From Gemmatimonadales bacterium (GTDB taxonomy: Bacteria > Gemmatimonadota > Gemmatimonadetes > Gemmatimonadales > GWC2-71-9): a stretch of 50,827 nucleotides of DNA. The DNA lies in the NCBI GenBank assembly GCA_035495075.1, contig DATJGL010000136.1, positions 1-50,827 on the forward strand, given 5' to 3'. The notes below the pieces were generated by a model. That model saw only the letters and a program-made list of their open reading frames with translations. It searched no databases and was not told the origin of the DNA. Both the position numbers and the translations under genes were made by a program. Shown piece after piece: positions 9,058 through 19,135 of the stretch. How positions within the stretch are numbered: position 1 is the stretch's first letter; every line of letters begins with the position of its first letter.

Positions 9058-10544
9058 AAATCACGTCTGTAGCTCGAGGAAGCTTGGCGACCGGGCGCGG
9101 GCTGAGCTCGCCGGCACTGGGGTTCGGGTGTGTCGTGCTCTTCGCCCTTCCGTTCGCCGCGGTGGGCCTGGGCGCCGGCGTTGGCGTTGTGCAGAAGCTC
9201 GCGGTCGGCGACCTGCGCACCGCCTCCTTCCTCGGCCTGTTCGCGGTCGTCTTCGGCGGCGTCGGCCTGGGTCTCATCGCCGCCGCGCTCGCCGGGAGAC
9301 GCGAGGCTGCGAGGCGCGCCGTGGTCGAGGCGGAGCATCTGGAGGAGCCGTGGCTTTGGCGACAGGACTGGGCGGCCGGCCGGATCGAGGACGCGGGGCG
9401 AAAGGGGCAGTACGGGCTTTGGGCCTTCGCAGCGCTGTGGAATCTGATCGCCCTCCCCTCTGCCTTCCTGGCGCTTCAGGAGTTGCATCGAAGCGGCAAT
9501 AAGCTCACGCTGATCGCGCTCATCTTTCCCATCATTGGGGTCGGGCTCCTCGTCGCGGCGGCGAGAAGCACCATTCGTGAGCGAAAGTTCGGCCTCTCGA
9601 TCCTGGAGCTTACCACCCAGCCGGCGGTAGTAGGCCATGGACTTGGGGGAACCGTTCACGTGGCGTCTCCCCTCCTCCCTCCTGGCGGATTTCTCGCGAC
9701 CCTCTCGTGCCTGAACATTCGGACCACCGGCTCGGGCGATAACCGCTCGACCACCGAGACGATTCGGTGGCAAGAGCAGCAGAAGGTGACGGGGCAACGC
9801 GCCGCTGCCGGCCGGGACGGTGGTTTGGTGACCGCCGTGCCGGTTCACTTCCGTCTGCCGGGAGATGTCGCCCCCTGCGACGACACAAACTCCAACGACC
9901 GGATCGTGTGGCGACTCCAGTTGACGGCTGCGGTGCCCGGCCTGGATTACTCGGCGACATTCGACGTTCCGGTCTTCCGTACAACAGCCAGCGCCGAGCC
10001 CCTGACCCCCGAGCAGGAGAAAGAGCTGGGGCCGCCAACCGAGTCGCTCCCGTATCGGCAGCCCACGGACTCACCGATTCGCGTAAGCCAGAGCGCGCGG
10101 GGTACTCAGATCGTCTTCCCGGCGGCGCGAGATCCGGGCGCAGCGATGGGCTTGACCGGGTTCACCGCCCTCTGGGGTGCCATCGTGTGGCTGATCATCT
10201 ACCTCAAGGCCCCGATCGTCTTTGGGGTGCTGTTCGGCGCGGTGGAGGTAATCCTGCTCTACGCCACGCTGCGAATGTGGCTGCGAGTCGTCGAAGTGAC
10301 GGCCAGCCGCGATGGCGTCGCAGTCGCGAGCGGGTTCGGCGTAGCGGGAGACGCTTCGTTGATCCCGGCTCGCGACATTTCCGCAGTCGAGGTGAGGATC
10401 GGGATGCAGGCGGGGTCGACCGTGTATTACGACCTTGCCGTTGTGACGGCCGGCGGTCGCCGCACCAACGCGGGGAGCGGTGTGCGCGACAAGCGGGAAG
10501 CAGAGTGGCTGGCGGGTCTCATACGACAAGCGCTCGGGAAGTGA
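9054..10544 (+). CDS. Hypothetical multi-pass membrane protein
   Basis: GTG 9054 overlaps the sseA TGA (GTGA). Four to six predicted TM helices flank a soluble beta-rich middle region. No family recognised by eye. Confidence 0.55.
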   Translation: MKITSVARGSLATGRGLSSPALGFGCVVLFALPFAAVGLGAGVGVVQKLAVGDLRTASFLGLFAVVFGGVGLGLIAAALAGRREAARRAVVEAEHLEEPWLWRQDWAAGRIEDAGRKGQYGLWAFAALWNLIALPSAFLALQELHRSGNKLTLIALIFPIIGVGLLVAAARSTIRERKFGLSILELTTQPAVVGHGLGGTVHVASPLLPPGGFLATLSCLNIRTTGSGDNRSTTETIRWQEQQKVTGQRAAAGRDGGLVTAVPVHFRLPGDVAPCDDTNSNDRIVWRLQLTAAVPGLDYSATFDVPVFRTTASAEPLTPEQEKELGPPTESLPYRQPTDSPIRVSQSARGTQIVFPAARDPGAAMGLTGFTALWGAIVWLIIYLKAPIVFGVLFGAVEVILLYATLRMWLRVVEVTASRDGVAVASGFGVAGDASLIPARDISAVEVRIGMQAGSTVYYDLAVVTAGGRRTNAGSGVRDKREAEWLAGLIRQALGK

Positions 10545-10570
10545 GCCGCCAAGTCACGCTGGGGGGAGGG

Positions 10571-10607
10571 CCGAGCGCAAGCCGTTGCATCGGCAGCTTG
10601 CGCTCGG
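10571..10607. terminator. Bidirectional terminator-type hairpin between convergent genes
   Basis: Perfect 12-bp stem CCGAGCGCAAGC (10571-10582) / GCTTGCGCTCGG (10596-10607) with a 13-nt loop. No clear U-tract. Confidence 0.45.
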
Positions 10608-10613
10608 GGTGAG

Positions 10614-11033
10614 CTAATACGCCTGGGTGGTCGAGTTCCGCAGCGATGGCGCCACTTGGACCGTGACTTGGGAACCGGGTCTGAGCGTCACCGCACCGCT
10701 CCGATAGGTTCCGCTGCTGCCGATCTGATTGACGACCATCGAGACACGACCCGACGGTCCGATACGACCCCAGTCCAGCTCGAAGTTGGCGGTCTGTTGC
10801 GAGGTGACCGTTCCGAGGCGTTGCTCTTGGCCGTTGATATTCGCGAACACAGTGACGTCGCTCGTATTCAGGTTCTTGACCGTGACCACGACGTTCGCAG
10901 CAGCCGTGCCGGTCTCGGGCGGCGGGGGGGACGGGTTGTGGCTGCAGCCCAGAAGTGCTGCCGCCAGCACCAGATGCGTGGGCCAGGCTCTACGCTGAAG
11001 GCGGGTGCTGCTGTGGTTGATCAGGGGAGTCAT
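10614..11033 (-). CDS. Hypothetical lipoprotein
   Basis: Lipobox AALLGC|SH after a basic n-region. Small beta-rich mature domain. Confidence 0.55.
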   Translation of the reverse strand: MTPLINHSSTRLQRRAWPTHLVLAAALLGCSHNPSPPPPETGTAAANVVVTVKNLNTSDVTVFANINGQEQRLGTVTSQQTANFELDWGRIGPSGRVSMVVNQIGSSGTYRSGAVTLRPGSQVTVQVAPSLRNSTTQAY

Positions 11034-11165
11034 GACGGCATCTCCGCGAAAGGGGCGCCGCTTTAATCTACTCCCGGAAACCGGATCCCGCTGTAACCGC
11101 CGTCCCCCGGAGATTGGGCGGGTGGCGTGCTGGCTCCCCCGCGTTAGGCACCGTAAGATTCCGCC

Positions 11166-12458
11166 GTGACCTCCGCAGCTCCGCTGCCTCGCTCGTCAGA
11201 GATCGTCGCCGTCATCATGGGTGGTGGTGCCGGCACTCGTCTCTTTCCTCTGACCAAGGACCGCGCCAAGCCGGCGGTCCCGTTGGGCGGCAAGTATCGG
11301 CTGGTGGACATTCCGATCAGCAACTGCATCAACGCCGATATTCGACGGATCTTCCTCCTCACGCAGTTCAACTCGAGCTCGCTGCACCGGCACATCCAGG
11401 AGAGCTACCGCTTCGATCAGTTCTCGCCCGGCTTCGTCGAGATCATGGCCGCACAACAGACACCGGAAAGCGTGGCCTGGTATCAAGGCACCGCCGACGC
11501 CGTCCGCCAGAATCTCATTCATCTGGCGAACTATCCCCACCGGCTCACGCTGATCCTGTCGGGCGACCAGCTCTACCGCATGAACTTCCGGGCCTTGATC
11601 GCACGGCATGTCGCGACGGGGGCCGAGGTCACCGTGGCGACGCTCCCCGTGCGTCCGGAATCGGCTCGGGCATTCGGCATCATGCAGGTCGGGTCCGACG
11701 GCCGGATCGTGCGCTTTGTCGAGAAGCCGACGGACTCCGAAGTGCTTGCGTCGCTGCGGGTGGAATGGGCTGCCTTCGGCGACACCGAGGAGCCGGTGGA
11801 CCCCGACTGTCTCCTTGGCTCCATGGGGATCTACCTGTTCGAGCGTTCGGTTCTCAAGGAGGCCCTCTGCGGCGACGAGGCCGATTTCGGCAAGCACGTG
11901 ATTCCCAAGCTTCTCACCAAGCACCGGGTGTTTGCCTACCTGCACCAGGGCTACTGGGAGGACATCGGGACCATCCGGGCCTTCTACGAAGCCAACCTCG
12001 ACCTCTGCGAGCCACTTCCCAAGTTCAATTTTTACGATGCGAGCGCCCCGGTTTTCACCCACGCCCGCTATCTGCCGCCAACCAAGATCATCAAGAGCCG
12101 GATCGAGCGATCGGTCATTGCCGACGGGTGCATCATCAACGACGCTCTTATCGAGCACTCGCTCGTCGGTGTGCGTAGCCGCATCGATGCCGGGGCTACC
12201 CTCCGCGACACGCTGCTCATGGGCCACGACTATTACGAATCATCGGACCGGGCCCAGCACGGCGCGCCGCCTATGGGCGTGGGTCATGGCACCCTGATCG
12301 AGCGAACCATCGTCGACAAGAATGCGCGCATCGGCGCCGGTGTGCGCATCAGTCCGGAAGGGAAACCCGCGGAGCTCGACGGCCGTAATTTCTACATTCG
12401 CGACGGCATCGTGATCATCCCGAAGAATGCCGTCATTCCCGACGGAACCATCATTTGA
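11166..12458 (+). CDS. glgC: Glucose-1-phosphate adenylyltransferase
   Basis: GGGAGTRLFPLTKDRAKPAVPLGGKYRLVDIPISNCINA signature, plus a left-handed beta-helix C-terminus. GTG start. Confidence 0.9.
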   Translation: MTSAAPLPRSSEIVAVIMGGGAGTRLFPLTKDRAKPAVPLGGKYRLVDIPISNCINADIRRIFLLTQFNSSSLHRHIQESYRFDQFSPGFVEIMAAQQTPESVAWYQGTADAVRQNLIHLANYPHRLTLILSGDQLYRMNFRALIARHVATGAEVTVATLPVRPESARAFGIMQVGSDGRIVRFVEKPTDSEVLASLRVEWAAFGDTEEPVDPDCLLGSMGIYLFERSVLKEALCGDEADFGKHVIPKLLTKHRVFAYLHQGYWEDIGTIRAFYEANLDLCEPLPKFNFYDASAPVFTHARYLPPTKIIKSRIERSVIADGCIINDALIEHSLVGVRSRIDAGATLRDTLLMGHDYYESSDRAQHGAPPMGVGHGTLIERTIVDKNARIGAGVRISPEGKPAELDGRNFYIRDGIVIIPKNAVIPDGTII

Positions 12459-14071
12459 GCAATCTCATCGCCATGCCGACCATTCGTTGCCTGCTCATGC
12501 TCTGCGCCTTCCTGCTCCCTGCTTCCCTCGCGGCACAGAAGGAGGCTCCACCCAACCAGGCGGCGCAGAAGGACGCCAAGGACTCGACAACTGCCAAGCC
12601 GTCCGCGGAAAAGGCCGAGCAGTGGGTCACCCGCCACACGGTCACCATCGGCGGCAAACCGGTGAGCTACGTCGCGACCGCCGGCACGCTAATCATCCGC
12701 GATTCCTCCGACACGCCGGTCGCGAGCTTCGGATACGTCGCCTATACCAGGCCCGACGTGAAAGACCCAGCCACCCGCCCGCTCACCTTCGCCTACAACG
12801 GTGGTCCCGGATCATCCTCGGTGTGGCTGCACATGGGTGCGCTCGGCCCCCGTCGGGTCATGGCGACCGATGCGGGTCCGACTCCACCTCCGCCGTATCG
12901 GTTGGCGGATAACGAGTACAGCCTGATCGATCGCACCGACCTGGTCATGATCGATCCCGTGGGCACCGGAATCAGCCGGCCGCTGGGCAAGAAACAGAAC
13001 AAGGATTTCTGGGGCGTGGACCCGGATATCGAATCGATCAGCCGGTTCATCAAGCAGTTCGTGACCGAGAACGGCCGGTGGAACTCGCCCAAGTTTCTGC
13101 TCGGCGAGAGCTACGGAACCACGCGGTCGGCGGGGATCGTGGATTACCTGCAGACCCGTGAGAACATGGCGTTCAACGGCGTCGTTCTGGTCTCCGTCGC
13201 GCTCGATCTCGAGGCGATCTTCGAGTGGCCCGGCAACGACCGGCCGTACGCACTGTTCGTCCCGACCTTCGCGGCTACCAGCTACTTCCATCACGCACTG
13301 CCAGCGCCGCCGGCCGATCTCAACGGCTTCCTCCAGGAAGTGAGAGCCTGGTCACTGGGGCCGTACACCAATGCGCTGATGGAGGGAAATGGGCTGAGCG
13401 ACGCCGAGCGGGATACAATCGCGGCCAAGCTGCATCAATACACCGGCTTGTCAGTGGATTACATCAAGAAGGCTAACCTCCGCGTCTCCGAGGGGGAGTA
13501 CACCCAGGAACTGCTGCGGGAGCATCGTGAGACGGTCGGTCGACTCGACTCCCGGTTCACCGGCGTGACCTTCGACCCGCTGGCCCAGAACGCCGCCTAC
13601 GACCCGCAATCCGCGGCCGTCAGTGGGGCCTACACCTCGGCGTTCCTCGACTATTACCACCGCGAGCTGAACGTCCCCCGGGACCGCAACTACGTCATCA
13701 CGGCCCACGCCTTCGAGTCATGGGACTGGAAGCATCGGGTTCCGGGAGAATCCCAGCCTCTCCCGATGGTCAACACCGGGCCGGATCTGAGCCACGCGCT
13801 CAGCTTCAATCCCAACCTCCGCGTGCTCGTGCTCAACGGCGTCTATGATCTGGCGACTCCCTTTCTCGCGACCGAGTACATGGTCTCGCACCTGAACATC
13901 GCCCCGGAACTGCGGTCACACGTAATCATGAAGTATTACGACGCGGGGCACATGATGTATCTCCACGAGCCATCATTGGTCCGCATGAAGTCCGATGTCG
14001 CTGCGTTCGTCGACGCCACCGGGCGGGTCAGTCAGCCGGGTGACGTCGCGAAGACTGCAACCGGACGCTGA
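12455..14071 (+). CDS. Secreted serine carboxypeptidase, peptidase family S10
   Basis: Signal peptide. GGPGSSS and catalytic-Ser motif GESYG. C-terminal YDAGHMMY (catalytic His). TTG 12455 overlaps the glgC stop; ATG 12473 is an alternative start. Confidence 0.8.
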   Translation: MSNLIAMPTIRCLLMLCAFLLPASLAAQKEAPPNQAAQKDAKDSTTAKPSAEKAEQWVTRHTVTIGGKPVSYVATAGTLIIRDSSDTPVASFGYVAYTRPDVKDPATRPLTFAYNGGPGSSSVWLHMGALGPRRVMATDAGPTPPPPYRLADNEYSLIDRTDLVMIDPVGTGISRPLGKKQNKDFWGVDPDIESISRFIKQFVTENGRWNSPKFLLGESYGTTRSAGIVDYLQTRENMAFNGVVLVSVALDLEAIFEWPGNDRPYALFVPTFAATSYFHHALPAPPADLNGFLQEVRAWSLGPYTNALMEGNGLSDAERDTIAAKLHQYTGLSVDYIKKANLRVSEGEYTQELLREHRETVGRLDSRFTGVTFDPLAQNAAYDPQSAAVSGAYTSAFLDYYHRELNVPRDRNYVITAHAFESWDWKHRVPGESQPLPMVNTGPDLSHALSFNPNLRVLVLNGVYDLATPFLATEYMVSHLNIAPELRSHVIMKYYDAGHMMYLHEPSLVRMKSDVAAFVDATGRVSQPGDVAKTATGR

Positions 14072-15019
14072 TTGCGGGTCGCGATCTACGGCGTCGGTGG
14101 CGCGGGCGGGTATTTCGGAGCCCGGCTAGCGCGGGCCGGAGCCGACGTGGTGTGGGTTGCGCGAGGTGCGCACCTGGAAGCGCTTCGGCGTCGCGGGCTC
14201 GAGGTCGAGAGCGTGCACGGGGACTTTTCCCTTGGCCCCCTCCGCGCGAGCGCCGACCCTGCCGACCTGGGGCAGGTGGACGCGGTCATTCTCGGTGTAA
14301 AGCTGTGGCAGCTGCTCGATGCTGCCCGCGCGATGTTCCCGTTGCTCGGACCCGGCAGTTGCGTCCTTCCGTTGCAAAACGGCGTCGAGGCGCCTGACGT
14401 TCTCCGTTCGGTGCTGGGTGACGGGCCTCCCCTCGGTGGGATAGCCAAGATTATCAGCGAGCTGGTGGGGCCCGGGCACATCCGGCACCATGGGGGCCCG
14501 AGCTCACTGGCGTTCGGCGAGCTCGACGACCGTGACAGCGAACGGGTTGGGCGGCTTCGTGCGGCCTTCCACCAGGCGGGCGTCGCGGTCGACGTTCCCA
14601 AGTCCATTCGCTCGGCGCTGTGGGACAAGTTCCTGTTTGTCGCGTCTATGGGCGGGGTGGGTGCTGTTTGCCGGGCCCCCTTGGGGGTCATTCGATCGGT
14701 TCCGGAAACCCGCGCCCTGCTCGAGCACGCGATGATCGAGATTCGCGTTCTCGCTCACGCACGGGGCGTGCGGCTCCCTGACGACGTTGTCGAGCAGGCG
14801 CTCGCTTTGGCGGACCAGCAGCCCGCGGCGGGCACGACGTCGCTCCAGCGCGACCTCGCGGCCGGCCGGCGTTCGGAACTCGAATGGTGGAGCGGCTCCG
14901 TGGTGCGGCTAGGCCTCGAGTCGGGCGTGCCGACGCCGCTGCACCGATTCATCTACCACAGCCTCTTGCCGAGCGAGCTTCGCGCATCGGGCCGCCTGGA
15001 GTACCCTGCCGGCAGCTGA
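14072..15019 (+). CDS. panE: 2-dehydropantoate 2-reductase (ketopantoate reductase)
   Basis: N-terminal Rossmann motif IYGVGGAGGYFGARLARAG and an ApbA/PanE C-domain. TTG start abuts the peptidase stop. Confidence 0.8.
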   Translation: MRVAIYGVGGAGGYFGARLARAGADVVWVARGAHLEALRRRGLEVESVHGDFSLGPLRASADPADLGQVDAVILGVKLWQLLDAARAMFPLLGPGSCVLPLQNGVEAPDVLRSVLGDGPPLGGIAKIISELVGPGHIRHHGGPSSLAFGELDDRDSERVGRLRAAFHQAGVAVDVPKSIRSALWDKFLFVASMGGVGAVCRAPLGVIRSVPETRALLEHAMIEIRVLAHARGVRLPDDVVEQALALADQQPAAGTTSLQRDLAAGRRSELEWWSGSVVRLGLESGVPTPLHRFIYHSLLPSELRASGRLEYPAGS

Positions 15020-15176
15020 GCCAGCACCAGCATCCCGCCCCTGTCCGGGCGTAACGCCATTTCACCGGGCGATGCCGGCGTCCCCCTCACCGCCAGATAC
15101 ACAAGCCGGGCAGTCACTTGCCGGGCGCCGCACGAAACTTGCCCCCCGGAGGTCCAATCCCCCTTAGGAGACCCGC

Positions 15177-15590
15177 ATGTTGTCGCGCTCCGGCTTTCTC
15201 AAGGCCGCGGCCCTCCTGGGCGCGCTTGCCACGCTTAGCGGCTGTTCCAAGGCGCACGTCACAACCGACCCTGAGCCACGTGCCAATACCCGCGCAGCCA
15301 AGGCGCCGAGCGCGGCTGCTCGACTCGGCGTGCCGCCGGGCAAGCTGCCGCCGCCGGGGCTGTGCCGCGTCTGGTTCCCAGGGCGTCCGCCGGGCCATCA
15401 GCCCAAGCCCGCACCCTGTGCCGATGTCGAAGTCGGGGCTCCTGCGGGCACCTGGGTGCTGTATCGTCCCTCCCAGGATAAGCAGGTAGTGCACGTCCGG
15501 TACGTTGACGAGCGGCGGGCCGGAGTGATCGTTTGGATTCGAGTATTCGACGTGAAGAGCGGGGCGTTCGTGCGGGACGTTACGGGATAG
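15177..15590 (+). CDS. Hypothetical lipoprotein
   Basis: AGGAGA Shine-Dalgarno. Lipobox TLSGC|SK. Confidence 0.55.
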   Translation: MLSRSGFLKAAALLGALATLSGCSKAHVTTDPEPRANTRAAKAPSAAARLGVPPGKLPPPGLCRVWFPGRPPGHQPKPAPCADVEVGAPAGTWVLYRPSQDKQVVHVRYVDERRAGVIVWIRVFDVKSGAFVRDVTG

Positions 15591-15745
15591 CCCGGGACGC
15601 TGCCGTCAGGCGCTCAACGCAACAATACCCCCCTTCGTAGGTGATGCAGGACGGGTCGCCCGGCGCGGTACCCGGCCGGGCGGCGTCGTCATCCAGCCAG
15701 GCGCCTCCCCTCGACCTCACTACTGCGTCGCCTGAGGGAGGCGTC

Positions 15746-16129
15746 ATGCGCTTCGCTGGACTACTCGCTGTGGGGGCCGTTGCGTTGACGGCGTGCAGCG
15801 ATACCACGCAGCCCCCGCTTACCACTGATCTCTCCGGCTCGTACAACCTCCAGTCGATCGCGATCGCCAGCGTCACAGAGCCAAACTCGAACGGGACGCT
15901 TCAGCTGACCACGTCGGGCTACGATCTCGCGCTCACCGTAAACGGCCAGATCCAGCCGGAGGATGTTGGCACCTACGGGATCGGAAGTCCAAACACCTGG
16001 ACCCAATCATCGACGACCACTGGCATTGTCTCGTTCGGCACGTTCTCATCAACTGGATCGACGCTTACCGTTACGCTGACCTCACCGCAGTCGATCGTGT
16101 TCGTCTGGACCAAGGTCGCCCAACAATGA
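15746..16129 (+). CDS. Hypothetical lipoprotein
   Basis: GAGGGAGG Shine-Dalgarno before ATG 15746. Lipobox ALTAC|SD. The longer ORF from 15641 has no signal-peptide logic. Confidence 0.55.
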   Translation: MRFAGLLAVGAVALTACSDTTQPPLTTDLSGSYNLQSIAIASVTEPNSNGTLQLTTSGYDLALTVNGQIQPEDVGTYGIGSPNTWTQSSTTTGIVSFGTFSSTGSTLTVTLTSPQSIVFVWTKVAQQ

Positions 16130-17077
16130 GATGATTGCCGCGGGGTCAGTGCTTCCGCCGGGCTGCGAGCGTGCTCTCGGCAGGGTGATTTGATCGGCGC
16201 CCCAGGGCTCGAGGCGCCAGACAGTGCTTCCCCTGGCGGCACGGGCCCAAATGCCGGCTTTGGTCGAGTCGAAGACAAGCGATAGTTTTGGCTTGCCGTT
16301 GGGCCCGAATACCGTGAGCCGACGCTTGGGCGCGGTGAACTTTAGGGAATCGACTTGGGCCGGCGTTGCGAACCCGGTTGCCTGAATGCCCCCCAGATCA
16401 GGCAGGAAATTGGCGACCGCCATCGAGTCAGTACCGCAGCCCGGCGTCAGGGCCCAGGCTCTTGCCTGCCTGGTCAGAGCGTACCGCTTGGCGCCCCGCT
16501 GAATCTCCACCCTCGCAATGCTGTTCTTCGGCACGCCGCCGATCCGTCGGTCCCGCCATTGGTCGAGCGGGCACTGGCCAGGCTGGGCAGCGCGCTGCGC
16601 ACTAGGTACACCTGCGGCTCGTTCGAGGTCCGTACGTAACCGGTAGACTTGTCCCGCCTTTCCTACGATGACGTCGGTGACGGCCGTTCCCCTCGCAATC
16701 CCCCGCACGTGCTTTGCCGAGGCGCTGTCCATCCCGACCTGTCGATAGGATGCCGCTGTTTCCGCGACCAGATCACCCGACGCCGCAGTGTCGGCCAGCG
16801 AGGTCAACAGATCTTCCACCTTGCGGCGATCCGCCGGGTGACCGTTCACCTGCCAGGCGTCGGGAACTCCGTCCAGGCTGATGCTTCCGGCGTCGGGCTC
16901 GTAGTATTGGGTGATCAGGCGCATCGTGGTGGACTTGCCGGCGCCGTTGGGCCGGAGAAAGCCCACGACCTGCCCGCGATCGATCCGGCAGGAGACCGAG
17001 TCAACGGCCACGGTGTCGTCGAATCGCTTGGTGACTGCGTCGAGGGTGAGGACGGACGTTGTGTCCGTCGTCTGGCG
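16082..17077 (-). pseudogene. Remnant fusion ORF: N-terminal ~60 aa of a GldA-type ABC ATPase joined in frame to a DUF4340-like C-terminal domain
   Basis: Reads ...LTLDAVTKRFDDTVAVDSVSCRIDRGQVVGFLRPNGAGKSTTMRLITQYYEPDAGSISLDG. It then switches abruptly to DUF4340-like sequence (W.V.G.PADRRKVEDLLTSLADTAA...VEIQRG...). There is no Q-loop, signature motif or Walker B. The first Walker A Gly is replaced (LRPNGAGKST). No ATG lies near the frame opening (TAA at 17078-17080). Confidence 0.55.
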
Positions 17078-17230
17078 TTAGTGCCTCGCCGCCGGTACGG
17101 TAAGTCAGGTCCGCGGCTGGGTTCTCGAGTACGTTCCGGGCGGGCGAGCCGCCCGGTTCGCGCCCCTTGGGATGCGCCAGCCAAGCGAAGCCGTCGCGCC
17201 GACTCAACTCTTCAATTCACGAGAGGTTGC

Positions 17231-17677
17231 GTGCTCCGATCCCGGTTCGGCTGGACTCTGGTTGGTGTCCTCGTCGCCGCGCTGGCGTGCAGCCAGGAGA
17301 CCGGTCGGCTATCGCCCGAACAGGAGCAGCGGTTCGCCGGGGAGGGGATTCTGCACCGCGCCGACAACGTCCGATTCCGGTGGAGCGAAGGGGCCGGGCG
17401 CCGGGGGAGTACCTGGGAGGACCGCCTTGCCTCGATCGTGGTCACCCGCCGGTCGGTTCTGATTCACAAGAACGCCAAGGTGGGTCTCGAGATCACGCCC
17501 GGAAGCGGAGGTCGCTACGAGGTGCACCGCGACGCGGACCGGGTCCGCCTCAGCACGGGCAGCGGCCGATCGGCGGAAACGTGGTCCTTCGTTCCAGATG
17601 ACAATGCGGAGGGGTGGACCCAGGATATCCGGGCGGTGATCCGTCTCGGCTCCCCCAGCGGGGCCGATCCGAAGTGA
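17231..17677 (+). CDS. Hypothetical lipoprotein (PH/GRAM-like fold suspected)
   Basis: GTG 17231. Lipobox AALAC|SQ. The upstream part of the 342-aa ORF is antisense to the remnant gene and reads as noise. Confidence 0.5.
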   Translation: MLRSRFGWTLVGVLVAALACSQETGRLSPEQEQRFAGEGILHRADNVRFRWSEGAGRRGSTWEDRLASIVVTRRSVLIHKNAKVGLEITPGSGGRYEVHRDADRVRLSTGSGRSAETWSFVPDDNAEGWTQDIRAVIRLGSPSGADPK

Positions 17678-17682
17678 ACGAG

Positions 17683-19119
17683 ATGACTGTGCTGCAGACG
17701 GCGATCGCCGCTGCGCACGTGCTCCTCGCCATCGTCGTCTCGGTCCACATCGTTCTCACCAAGGAAGATGTCCGCGCGGCGATCGGATGGACCGGCCTCG
17801 TCTGGCTTACTCCGGTCATCGGCTCCGTGATGTACGGCCTCTTCGGGATCAACCGGATCCGGCGGCAGGCGGGGATGTTGCGGCGGGGCCGACAACTGGC
17901 CGACAGCCGGACGGCCGAGCTCGCGGTGACTCATTCATCCGATGCGCTGGTGCCACTCGACGCTCAACCGAGCCTTCGCGGTATTGCGACTATCGTGGGA
18001 CGGGTCACCGGCCTGCCACTGACGCGGTCGAATTCAGTGGACCTGCTGATCAACGGCGACGAAGCCTATCCAGCCATGATGGCGGCGATCGACGAGGCCA
18101 AGCGGAGCGTGGGGCTCGCCAGCTACATCTTCGACCGGGGTGTCGCCGGCGATGGCTTCGTGGCTGCGTTGGGACGAGCGGTGGCGCGGGGCGTTCAAGT
18201 GAGGGTGCTGGTGGATGGGGTTGGCGCCCGCTACAGCAGGCCGCCGATCTTTCGAGCCCTTCGCGGGCACCACGTGCGCGTCGCGGCATTTCTGCCGCCG
18301 CGTATCCCGCTGGTGCAGCCTTACTCTCAGCTGCGAAATCACCGCAAGCTGATGATCGTGGATGGACGAATTGGCTTCTGCGGCGGCATGAATATCCGCG
18401 ACGATTGCCTGCTGGCCCTTGGGCGCCCGGGTGCAACGCAAGACGTGCACTTCCGGCTGCGGGGGCCGGTGGTCCAACAGCTCGCGCAGGCGTTCGCGTT
18501 CGATTGGGCCTTCACTACCAAGGAACGACTGGACGGGGACCCGTGGGCGTGCGAGGTGGAGCCTGCGGGGGACGTGGTTGCGCGAGGCCTTCCCGAAGGG
18601 CCGGACGAGGATTTCGAGACGCTGATGCTGGTGCTTCTCGGCGCCCTGTCACAGGCTCGTTCATCCATCCGGTTGGCCACGCCCTATTTCCTGCCCGACT
18701 TGCCGTTGGTAGACGCCCTTCGGACCGCCGCCCTCAGGGGGGTTCGAGTAGAGATCGTGTTGCCCGAGCGGGGCAATCTGAGGATGGTAGAATGGGCGGC
18801 TATGGCGCAGTTGAATCAGGTGCTCAAGTGGGGCTGTCAAGTGTATTTGTCGCGACGGCCATTCGATCATTCCAAAATCCTGGTCGTCGACGGAAGCTGG
18901 TCGCTCGTCGGATCGGCCAACTGGGATCCTCGGAGTCTCCGGCTCAACTTCGAGTACAATGTGGAGTGCTACTCGACAGAGCTGGCAGGCAGACTCGAGC
19001 GGCTTCTCGACCAGAAGATCGCGAGCGGCAGACGGATGACCCTCGCAGATCTTGAGGGTCGTCCGCTGCCGCTCCGGCTGCGCGATGGGATCGCACGATT
19101 GGCGCAGCCCTATTTGTAG
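17683..19119 (+). CDS. cls: Cardiolipin synthase (PLD superfamily, two HKD motifs)
   Basis: Two N-terminal TM helices. HKD motifs NHRKLMIVDG and HSKILVVDG...GSANWD. GTG 17674 (GTGA overlap with the upstream stop) is an alternative start. Confidence 0.85.
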   Translation: MTVLQTAIAAAHVLLAIVVSVHIVLTKEDVRAAIGWTGLVWLTPVIGSVMYGLFGINRIRRQAGMLRRGRQLADSRTAELAVTHSSDALVPLDAQPSLRGIATIVGRVTGLPLTRSNSVDLLINGDEAYPAMMAAIDEAKRSVGLASYIFDRGVAGDGFVAALGRAVARGVQVRVLVDGVGARYSRPPIFRALRGHHVRVAAFLPPRIPLVQPYSQLRNHRKLMIVDGRIGFCGGMNIRDDCLLALGRPGATQDVHFRLRGPVVQQLAQAFAFDWAFTTKERLDGDPWACEVEPAGDVVARGLPEGPDEDFETLMLVLLGALSQARSSIRLATPYFLPDLPLVDALRTAALRGVRVEIVLPERGNLRMVEWAAMAQLNQVLKWGCQVYLSRRPFDHSKILVVDGSWSLVGSANWDPRSLRLNFEYNVECYSTELAGRLERLLDQKIASGRRMTLADLEGRPLPLRLRDGIARLAQPYL

Positions 19120-19135
19120 GGGCGTTCGCCAACGG

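Noticed and set aside
16649-17230. First half of the 342-aa plus-strand ORF 16649-17677
   Set aside because: It is antisense to the ABC/DUF4340 remnant and has no coding features. Only the last 148 codons, starting at GTG 17231 with a lipoprotein signal peptide, look real.
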